64,000 bases of DNA from Eledone cirrhosa. Its lineage: Eukaryota. Below the pieces are notes generated by a model. That model was given only the letters and a program-made list of their open reading frames with translations, was not told the origin of the DNA and searched no databases. How positions within the stretch are numbered: the first letter of the stretch is position 1; each line of letters opens with the position of its first letter. Of this stretch, positions 13,480 to 24,200 are shown in pieces. Made by a program: the position numbers and the translations under genes. The stretch is taken from contig OZ024742.1 of NCBI GenBank assembly GCA_964016885.1, positions 217,806,001 to 217,870,000 on the forward strand, read 5' to 3'.

Positions 13480-14713
13480 TCGTGGGATCAACAAGAAATC
13501 TCAGACCCCATTTGACGTTAGCATGGGGGCGAGTGACTCGGCTGAAATTAGCGACCTTGTGGGCCTGTACATCCTACATCACCTGAAGAACCTCTTTACC
13601 GGTCTAACGGGAGGTTTATACCGAGACGACGGCCTCTTCGCCCTGCATAAAGTTAACCCCAGAACCACCGATGGGTTTCGGAAAAACTTAAGCTCTTTCT
13701 TCTCTAATCTAGGATTTAGTATAACTATAGAATCTAATTTGACTAGGGCCAACTTCTTAGATGTCACTCTCGACCTAGATACTTCCCTCTATTACTCGTA
13801 CCACAAACCTAACGAGTCCCTTAAATATATTAATGTTAATTCAAACCACCCCCAAAACATCACTGATAACCTAGTAAAAAGCGTCTCTATTAGAATATCT
13901 GGCCTCTCCGCCAACAAAGATATTTTTAATGCATCTGCCCCTACTACAATGACGCCCTCGCCCGTAGCGGATTTAAAGATAAGATAACTTACCTAGAAAC
14001 CACCGCAAGATTGCAGAGGAGGAATAGACATAGGCAGATTAGCTGGTACAACCCTCCCTTCAATAGAGAGGTAGCTACTCCGATAGCTAGGATTTTCTTC
14101 ACTTTGCTGAAATTACACTTCCCCATACAACATAGGTACCACACCATCTTTAATAAGGACACAATAAGACTGTCTTACTCCACCACACCTAACCTAGCTA
14201 GGAATATAGCCAACCACAATTCTAAAAAATTAAATAAGCCAACCACCTCCGCACCCAATCCCCGGACTGGGGCTCTATGTAATTGCCTAAATAAGGAAGC
14301 ATGCCCACTTGAAAACAAATGCCTCACAAATGATATCGTATACAAATGCGATGTCATCTCAGGCACAAAAAAACTTACATCGGCATGACCTCCAACAACT
14401 TTAAGACCCGTTGGTATGCCCATACCCACTCATTCAGTGGACCGGACAAATCAAATCAGACAACACTCGCCTCCTACGTTTGGGACCTCAAAAGGAACTC
14501 CACCCCTTCACGCTTAAATGGAAAATACTCCAGAAAGCGCGCTCTTACAACGGAGGACACAAGGGCTGCGACCTTTGTATTTCAGAGAGCTACGAAATTT
14601 TATTCGCCAAGGGCCCGCTACTGAACAAACTCTCTGAACACTGCCCGAACTGCATGCACAAGAACTTTGCAACTTTCAAACACTTTAAGCCAGTGTTAAA
14701 GCCCGATGGCTAA
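13480..14713 (+). pseudogene. 5'-truncated, frameshifted PLE RT plus C-terminal GIY-YIG endonuclease ORF (probably Nematis-like clade)
   Basis: FDVSMGASDSAEISDLVGLY...GLYRDDGL...NFLDVTLDL...YINVNSNHP; WYNPPF; CNCLNKEACPLENKCLTNDIVYKC...TYIGMTSNNFKTRWYAH; CDLCISE. Confidence 0.92.
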
Positions 14714-15102
14714 AAACGACCTCCCCCTATTGGCCCCTATACCTCCTTCCCACCCTACCCCCACCCCTCCTCAACCTGAAATACGGCCACTATGGTTATG
14801 TGAGTACCTCTTTCCTATCTACATTTTCTGCCTGTAGAGGTGTTTTTATGTGCCTGCGTATATGCGTATATTTATTGAGTACTTATTTATTTGTATGTGT
14901 ATATATTTGTGTGTATGTGTGTATATGTATGTGTATGTATATATATATATATGTATGTGTGTATATGTGTTTTATGTGTGTATATTTATGTATGTATATA
15001 TATGTATATATGTATATATATGTGTATATGTATATATATATATGTGTATATATGTGTATGTATGTGTATGTGTATGTATGTATATGTGTATATGTATGTA
15101 TA

Positions 15103-15153
<51 letters not shown>

Positions 15154-15226
15154 ATGTGTGTATGTGTGTGTGTGTATATATATATATATGTGTGTGTGTG
15201 CAGGTGTGTGTATATATATGTATATA

Positions 15227-15294
<68 letters not shown>

Positions 15295-15578
15295 CGTGAG
15301 AGAGAGTGTGTGTATATATATTTGTGTGTGTGTGTGTGTGTGTGTATGCGTGTAAATATATGTATATATATGTGTGTATATATGCGTATATATGTTTCTA
15401 TATATGTGTATATTTATGTATATGTCTGTGTATGTATGTGTATATATGTATATATATAGATATATATATATATATATATTTATATATATGCATGTGTATG
15501 TGTGTGTGTGTGTATATATGTGTATATGTGTGTGTGTGTATATATGTGTGTGTATTTGTATGTATATATATATATGTG

Positions 15579-15639
<61 letters not shown>

Positions 15640-15801
15640 ATATATTTGTATATGTATGTATGTATGTGTGTATGTGTGTATGTATGTGTGTGTGTGTGTG
15701 TATATGTATATATGTGTATATATATTGTGTGTGTGTGTATGTGTATATATATGTGTATATGTATATTTGTATATATATATATATATATATATATGCGTAT
15801 A

Positions 15802-15840
<39 letters not shown>

Positions 15841-15889
15841 ATATATGTGTATGTATTTGTGTATATATGTATGTATGTGTGTGTGTGTA

Positions 15890-15933
<44 letters not shown>

Positions 15934-15952
15934 TATATGTATGAATGGTGTA

Positions 15953-15989
<37 letters not shown>

Positions 15990-16096
15990 GTATGTATGGT
16001 GCTCTTTCCTTATATATGTGTATATGTGTGTGTGTGTGTGTATATATATATGTATGTATGTGTTTGTGTGTGTGTATGTATATGTATATATTTGTT

Positions 16097-16143
<47 letters not shown>

Positions 16144-16201
16144 TTGTGTGTATGTGTATGTATATGTATATATATGTATATATGTGTGTATATATATGTA
16201 T

Positions 16202-16232
<31 letters not shown>

Positions 16233-16329
16233 ATATATATATATGTATGTGTATATATATGTATGTGTATACACATGTATATTTGTGTGTATGTATGTAT
16301 GTGTGTGAGTGTATATATATGTGTATATA

Positions 16330-16360
<31 letters not shown>

Positions 16361-16973
16361 GTATGTGTGTATGTGTATATATATATATATATATATGTAT
16401 GTATATATATATATATATATGTGTGTATATATATATATATATATAAATATATTTATATATGTGTGTGTTTTTATGTATGTATATGTGAATGTGTATGTGT
16501 GTTTATGGTTGCGCGCGAGTGTGTGAGTGAGTGTTTTTTTTTGTGAATGTGTCTGTTGATTTTTGGCATATAGTTGATTAGTTTAAGAGAAGTTCGAAGA
16601 TAATTGTAAGATATGCACTCAGTATTTTGAATCTGTCTACAGAATTCTCTAAACCTTTGTCACTTAGTAGAACCTTAATGAATTTAGCTTTTAAAGAATC
16701 TCCCTTTCCTTTAATTCTATCTACCATGACTGACCCCCCACTGATCTTATAGACATCTGTTAGCTTAAGAGAAACTTAATGACAAGGAATGGTATGCCAT
16801 CCGGAACCTGTTTATAGAATTCTGTCTGCCTTTGTTACTCTAAAAACAAAAATTAATAAAAATAAAAATAAACTATAGCTTTGTAGAATTAGCTTTTAAT
16901 GAATTCCCTTTTCTATCAACCAATGACCTACACCCATCCCACTCCCCACCCTCTCCTACCACTTGTAGAGACC

Positions 16974-16981
16974 TATAAATA
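16974..16981 (+). promoter_or_regulatory. Candidate TATA box in the family A terminal repeat
   Basis: TATAAATA lies 30 nt upstream of hammerhead helix I and is conserved in all six long family A arms. Confidence 0.4.
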
Positions 16982-17003
16982 CCATATTTATTTTTTGATA
17001 CCC

Positions 17004-17054
17004 AGATTCCTGATGATTTCTAAAGAATGAAACAGTTCTAGTCCTGTAGAATCT
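17004..17054 (+). ncRNA. Type I hammerhead ribozyme (family A), predicted cleavage after GUA at 17048
   Basis: AGATTC-CTGATGA-tTTC taaa GAAt-GAAA-CAG ttCTAGtc CTG-TA-GAATCT: 6-bp helix I, short helix II, helix III with palindromic CTAG loop. Confidence 0.88.
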
Positions 17055-17068
17055 CATCTATATTAAAA

Positions 17069-17150
<82 letters not shown>

Positions 17151-17153
<3 letters not shown>

Positions 17154-17486
17154 TTTCTGAATTTGTTTAGCAAGATTCTTTATCTGAAAACGTGTGTTGG
17201 AACCGATATTGTTATACTTTGGGAGGGTCATGTTGCCAATAAGAAACACACGCACCAGAACAAAGGAGAGGCACAAAAACAAAGAAAAGAATCCCCAGTC
17301 GCTGAAGAGGTCACAGAATGTGTGACGAAAGAACTTTGACAATATATAAACAATCATCCGGTTGTGGAACCAACCAACCAACCGGAAATTTATAAATTCC
17401 TAAATTTATAAATTTATTATAATAAATTGAAGTGAAAGCAACTGGTGCGTGTGTTTCTTATTGGCAACATGACCCTTCCAAAGTAT

Positions 17487-17492
<6 letters not shown>
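17151..17492. mobile_element. PLE fold-back insertion (family F, terminus related to family E)
   Basis: Inverted arms ~17207-17257 and ~17442-17492; ~55-nt tail on the left arm only; (TA)n flanks. Confidence 0.8.
17298..17340 (+). ncRNA. Minimal type I hammerhead ribozyme (family F)
   Basis: GTCG-CTGAAGA-g-GTCACA gaatg TGTGAC-GAAA-GAAC-TT-TGAC. Confidence 0.7.
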
Positions 17493-17539
<47 letters not shown>

Positions 17540-17589
17540 AAAAAGGAAAGAGTTACAGTGAAGAAAAAACAGAATTTTCAGTTTAAATG

Positions 17590-17900
17590 TTGATTTCTAA
17601 TTAGGCACAAGTCAAAGGAATTTTGGGGAAGGCCAAAGTTGATTAAATAAACCCCAAGACTTTACTGACACTTTATTTTATCGATCCTGGAAGGATAAAA
17701 GGTAAGGTTGACCTCGGCGAGATTTTAACTCAGAACATTGAAGCTTTTTGCTCCCCAAAAAACTTCAATCCACTCAATTTCACTCACAAGGTATGAATCG
17801 ATTTGGGGCTATGGTAAATGACACTTACCCAAGATGCCACACAGTAGGATCGAACCCGGTACTTAATGATTACGAAGCGAACTTCTTAACCATTCGATCA
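17590..17900 (-). mobile_element. Two old SINE fragments (main family, plus a second tRNA-derived family)
   Basis: 17590-17740 is a degenerate main-family core. 17745-17900 has GACACTTACCCAAGATGCCACACAGTAGGATCGAACCC (tRNA head on minus), related to 36205-36330. Confidence 0.65.
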
Positions 17901-18326
17901 TGCTATGTCTACATTATAACGAGATAGGTATACCTATTGGGTTACTTGGTGGCACAAGATTCTGTCTTATGTTGTATTAAACAGCATTTTGCTTAAATGT
18001 TATTCTGTATTACTGAATATATCTATAGACTTTTGCCAGCACTATATGTAATAGACAGATGCAACAGTCTTTATATATAATATTTCCGTGGAGAGAAAAA
18101 GAAGGATTAACGAGGATAGAATTAATTATGAGTTGTGATTTTATCAACGACTGAGAAATCTCTATAATTGTCCACAGTGATACTGCTTTTAAAACCTATT
18201 ATCATAAACCTATTATATAAGGTTTTACATAGATTGGATAGACTGATTTGCATTCTTGAAACGCATTTTTGGTAGATAGTTGATTAGCAAATTATAGTGT
18301 TTTATTTCACTGTTTGGCTACTCTAA

Positions 18327-18485
18327 GGCGGCATAATGACAGTCGTTAGAAACTCGGTTAGAATAATTTGTAGTATTCTTTCCGGTTCTCTGTGCTCTGA
18401 GTTCAAATCCCGTCGAAGTCAACTTTACCTTTCATCCTTCCGAGGTCAATAAAAAAAAGTACCACACCAATACTGGGGTCAATGT
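18327..18485 (+). mobile_element. Degenerate main-family SINE
   Basis: GAGTTCAAATCCC...AACTTTACCTTTCATCCTTCCGAGGTCAATAAAA. Confidence 0.75.
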
Positions 18486-18639
18486 CTCGTCTGTATCTCT
18501 TTTTTACTTCCTCTCTATCAGTATCTTTCCTTACTCTGATTTGGAGAAGGAGTGTGCTCTTTCAGATTTAAACAAAATGTCCCAAAACACCTTATGTCTA
18601 CAGCGTCTCAATAATTCTACTAGGAATTACGGGTCCATA

Positions 18640-18926
18640 CATATATACATGATGGATGTCCACTCGTCAGATGAACGCCACCATTGCTGACAGATTGACT
18701 CACAGTTGGTTGTTCCTACGAACGTGAGATCAGCATTGACTTTTGAAGCCAGCGAGAGACTTACAAAGTTTGCCACAAAGTCTACACACTAAATCCGAAT
18801 CTATATTTACAAACTGATGGTTAGGCCTCTCAATTGGTAGATCCTTATGGGTCTTTAAATATCTTATGAGGTCAGACCGGCTCTTGCAGATTTTGCTGCA
18901 TACATCACAAGTGGGTCTGCAGCAAG

Positions 18927-19023
<97 letters not shown>

Positions 19024-19380
19024 TGTTGGTTGTCTACTCAATACAGAGCTTGACTACTCAATACACATGAAGATGATTTCCAGCATGGTGTCTTATTTGA
19101 CTTTTTAAGACCAGGTATGGAAGCAAAAAGTCGACGACACAAATTACAAATAAATAAGTTTTGGCAAAGACTGGTGTCTGCATTTGATGTACTTTAACAT
19201 GTCTCTCCAAACCTCCCCGTGATTTACAAATTTTGTGGCAGATGTGGCATTGATTAGGGTGTACTGGCAAGTAGCTGCTATAGAAAATATGAGACTGATT
19301 GTTGAGTACTCTGGCTGGGATTCAAATTTCACAAGACGAAACCTTAGCACCATGCTCATGTTCTGTAATCATCTGATTTT
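18640..19380 (-). mobile_element. Degraded LINE 3' end (probably RTE clade) encoding about four C2H2-like zinc fingers
   Basis: CHICHKICKSRGGLERHVKVH, CDVCSKICKSRSDLIRYLKTH and CRLCGKLCKSLAGFKSQ, with no TGEKP linkers; similar finger [17 protein letters not shown] at 37.26 kb. Confidence 0.55.
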
Positions 19381-19741
19381 TCCTGATTTTACATTTTAGA
19401 TTGGTAAACATACATACATACGTACTGTACTATAGAATATATCTAAAGATTTTAGTCTTTTTTCTCTCTACGAAGATATTGTATATAAAGACTAAGCATT
19501 TAAATATGCCTGTTATACAGTACTATAGCTATATGTTGTAACACAATATGTATGTATGTATGTTCTTTCAGTTTTTTAATTTCATAATTATTTACCTATA
19601 GAGAGATATAGAGAGTCGGTTTCTAACATAGACAAAGGACTCTTTCATTGGAATTTAGACAACATTAACTAGGCAGATATTTATGCACGTTTGCATGCGT
19701 GTTTGTATGTGAGAGTGTGGATGTTATTGTGTGTGTGGCAA

Positions 19742-20720
19742 ATGAAAAGGCATGCTGTAATTGTTGCTTTTAAAGCAGAGCATAGTAATTTAGATATTGC
19801 CCCCTTTCCGAAATTTACAGTCATTTGTTGTCAAAGTTCACAAAGAGGTAGCGGGGATTCTACAGTGGTAGCCAAACGCAAAACGCCGGATAAGGGTCCT
19901 AATACCATTAGAACACAAATTTGTACAAAAGTTGCAGAAAATTATTGATAAGAACCCCAGAAAGTCAATTAGCGCCATTGCTAGGGAGTTCTAGGTTTCA
20001 ATGCAGACTATCGGAGGAATTGTGCATAAGGATCTTCAATACAAATTATATGTGGTGCGAGAGGCTAATTCATGTCTGCAAAGACAAAGGATAATCCGTC
20101 TGATCCACACAAAGCTTTTGTTGAGCATGATGAAACATCAACAGCCTGGAATGCCTTGGTTTTCTCTGATGAGAAAAAGAAATTAATCAGAACCAAAAAA
20201 TCAACCGAAGGAATGATAAATAGTTAAGTAGAAACCCTAAAGATGATCCAACGGTAATGCGCATAACGCTTCCAGCAACTGTGATGGTTCTGGGAGTTGT
20301 GAGCAATGAAGGAGATGTAATGCCTCCCCACTTCTTATCTCAGGGCTTAAGGGTCAATGCTGCTGAATATAAGGTGTTGCAAAGAGTTGTGAGCCCTTGG
20401 ATAGAAAGGATGAGCAAAGGAAGACCGTACACCTACCAACAAGATTTTCCGCTGTCTCATATGACCAAGAAAACCCAAGAGTTGATGTGTTATAATCTTC
20501 ATAATAACATTAGTTCAAAGGTATGGCCTCCTAACTCTCCAGACCTGAATCAGTTGGATACTACGAATGATGCGTAGTCGAAAGGGAAGTCAATTAACAC
20601 CCCCATAACATTAAAATCTCTGCAGTTCACCATAACTAAAACACTGTCCAAACCAAACAAAGATCATCTGATTCGAGCTAGTCAACATTACAAACATGGT
20701 ATCGAAGCAGTCATCGATGA
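19742..20720 (+). pseudogene. Tc1/mariner superfamily DD37D (maT-like) transposase relic
   Basis: VMVLGVVSNEGDVMPPHF...YQQD-x37-D with WPPNSPDLNQLD; many stops and frameshifts. Confidence 0.9.
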
Positions 20721-20886
20721 TAACTGCAGATTCAATGAGTAGATGCGTTAAGAAGAGTCTCAAAATAATCCATGCCAATACAGCTCTTTTTTTCATGACT
20801 TATGCGCCTTTTACTAAATTTAACCCTGTATGTATGTATTTACATATATCAGAAACCATTACCAAATGTAGAAACAATTATTACTA

Positions 20887-21205
20887 TGAGTTCAAATCCC
20901 ACCGAGGTTGACTTTGCCTTTCATCCTTACGGGGTCGATAAAATAAAGTACCAGTAATATACTGGGATAATTGCTGGCCTTGTGCCAAAAGTATAAACAA
21001 TTATTATTATTGTGGAAGAATATACGTCGCTGGAAATTTTGTTCCCGAAAGTTTGTGATTTTTTAACAGTTTTTATTGCGAACTTATTGTAAAAATTTAT
21101 AATTGTTTCTACTTTAGGCACAAGGCCAGCAATTACCCAGTACATTACTGGTACTTTATTTTATCGACCCCGTAAGGATGAAAGGCAAAGTTAACCTCGG
21201 CTGTG
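20887..21205. mobile_element. Two 5'-truncated main-family SINEs, tail-to-tail
   Basis: 20887-21010 (+) and ~21098-21205 (-) match the consensus core. Confidence 0.85.
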
Positions 21206-24200
21206 TTTAAACACCCTCCACTTCTTTTGGGGTGGTCGAAATTAATCGGTATTTAGCCCTTCCAAAAAAAAAAAAGAAGAAAAAATGGCATCATTCAAAA
21301 AATCTGTTTCTCTACCATGTCTCCACACAAAAATTACTTCTTCATCAAACTATCGTTCTTTCCCTCGTCTTCCCTCACAACAATTTCTTTCTTCACCCAG
21401 CTGTCAAGGTAGAGTCTCGCTTTCCTTTTCGTCTTCTTCAACGTCACATAGTGAATATCAGGCAAAGGCCATTTCATTCTCTTCTTCATCAAGCGGCGGT
21501 CGACAAGCGGCTGCTGCTGATGCAATTGACAACAAAGGAGGTAGCAGCAGCAGCGGCAGTATTAACAATAACACCTGTGGTAGCAGCAGCAGCAGCAACA
21601 ACACCGTTTGTAGCAGTAGCAACAACAAGACCAGTAGCAGCAGTAGCGGCGGCAACAGTGAAATAAGACACCATCTCTTTTGCAAAGGAGGCTCGCAACG
21701 TAGAAACAGTGCTGATCACAGAGGAGAAGATGGCGGTCGCAAGTCACGTGGTAACCAAAACTGAATTTTCAGTGTCCTTGAAACCAGCAACCGACTTCCG
21801 TGTCATACCGCACGATTGCCACGAAATCGCGTCGTGTGGAGAGAGCCTCGGAGACCCAAATCCAGAAGGCCTTGGGAACTGTGTGGGCACGGAAAACCCA
21901 CATCACCCGAGGCAAGAAATATGCTACTATGGTCGTCTTTTTTGCTACCACCCATGAAGCAAAATCGCACTCACTGAGGACCCTATGGAGTGATGACATA
22001 ACGTTAGTCCCGTTTTACAAAAAAATTGCAAAGGTCTGGGTAACCTAGGTCCCGCCCTACGTACCCGTGCCCTGGCTGGTCGTGTATGTTCTTGCAGGCA
22101 TCGAGGATAGAACAACCATTCTGCAGGTACAGAAGTTGGGGAAAGAGGACTAGTCCGGTATTGGAATAGTAATGCTCATCCAAACCGACCAGGACTGCAT
22201 CAGCGCTATTGCCGGCGTAATAGACCTTGGGAATGGCTCCCAACTTCCCATATCTGTGGAAGGAAGGCGCCCAAAATGCTTCAACTGTGGATCGAAGTCT
22301 CACCTCAGGGCTTTCTGCTCACAGAAAATTACAAAGGCGAAGGTCCCTCTCCTTCCAACGCCGGAACCGCTGCCATCAGAAACAGAGCTGTCAGCGAAAA
22401 AGTCGAAAGCTTCAACAGAGAGTAGGAGGACAACGTCCGTGGCACCCACAACAAAGCCACAGACAACAAAAACAGCGGCAGCAACTGCAGCAACAGAAAC
22501 AGTTGCACTAGCTGCACCTATGCCAAGAACAGCAGACCAGGCTCCACCACCACCAATAACAACAACAAAGACAAATGAGAGGATAGAACTCATACCCCAT
22601 CTCCGACTTCTCACAGTCGGACATGGAGTATGAGGCAGCTGAGGAGTGGAAAACAGTTGTCAATAAAAAGAACAAATGCAAAAACACCACAGCTTCTCCC
22701 TCCAAAAGCGAAGGCAAAGAAAGACGGGTAAAGATTGCGAGGAGACTTGCAGCAACACCACCACCACCACCATCACCATCACCACCGCAAGCATCACCAC
22801 CAACAACAACCACACTACCACCAGCATCACCAAAAACACCAACATCACAAACACAACAAAGCACACACACCCAACAGCAACAAAATCCCCCCCACCCACA
22901 AAAAAAGGTACACAGCCATAAATATCACACACAAAGAATTAATGAAACATATAAAACAACACACAGACATTACATACTCAAATTACCACACCCCATCAAC
23001 ACCAAGAACATTACCCAAAAACATTACAATTGTCGAAATTAAACTGGAAGACTATAAATAATTAAAGCAAAAATTCCCCAACGCAGTTGGAGATTTCAGG
23101 GAGTCACTCTCCAAAAGAATATATACCGATATTATCTTGGAGACACCCATGATCAACCGAAGGGGCGGTTCTACTGTCCCTTCCCCACACGATCAAGGTA
23201 AGTGATTCTTTCTCACTTACTCCGTTTCCTCACCCAGCATGGCCGTACTTAGTATAGGCAGTATAAATGTACGTGGCCTGGGGTCATCTTGGAAGCAGGG
23301 CCACCTGCTCAACGACCTCAGATCACTAAACATAGATGTGGTGGCCATCAGCGAGACCAGAATCTCCGAAGCACGGGCCTTCGCATCGATCTTCGGCGGC
23401 TACGATGCGTACGCATCTCCCAGCCGTCCTGGATCGGGGGGAGGAGTTGCTGTGCTTTTTCGGAGAGGTTTGGATCTCGCCATACGGGCCATCTTCCTGG
23501 ACCCAGAAGGTAAGTTGGTGGTGCTGCACGTGACCAGCGGAGACGGGCAATGCTTTCAGGCTAGTAACCGTCTATGCCCCGACAGGAGCAGGGCAGCCTG
23601 ATTTCTTCCGGCGTCTGGAGACATTTCTTGGAACGTCCCGCTCTTTAGTGTTAGTGGGCGACTGGAACGGGATCTTAGATGCACGCTGGGACTGTGTGGG
23701 AATAGCGGATAGGGGAGAAGGGTGTAAAAGCCTCGCAAACCTGCTCAGACGGTTTCAATTGTCTGACAGGTACCGTCTGGATTTCCCGCATGTGCCAATG
23801 TGGACATGGACAAACCGCATCGGGTCATCCAGATCATATCTAGATAGGGTATTTTGTAGGGAAATAGATAGGTCTAGTATAGGCTGTCCACATTTCAAAA
23901 TAGTCGACTACACGGACCACAAATTCGTGATCTGTGTGCTTGACTTAGATAGGCTTCATAGACGAGGACCCGGCTACTGGAAGCTAAACGCGTCCTTACC
24001 AGCGCGCAAGGCCTACAGAGACCGGATTAGCGAACTAGTTAAGCGGGCGTTGACGGGGGCCATCGTCAACAACAAGTGGTGGTTTGCTCTGAAAAGAGCG
24101 ATTAGAATAGAGTCCATTAGGTTCAGTAAGGCTTTAGCAATAGAGAAAAATAGAGCAGAGGGAGAACTAGTTAGAAAATTAGACGAGGCGCTTAGTAAAG

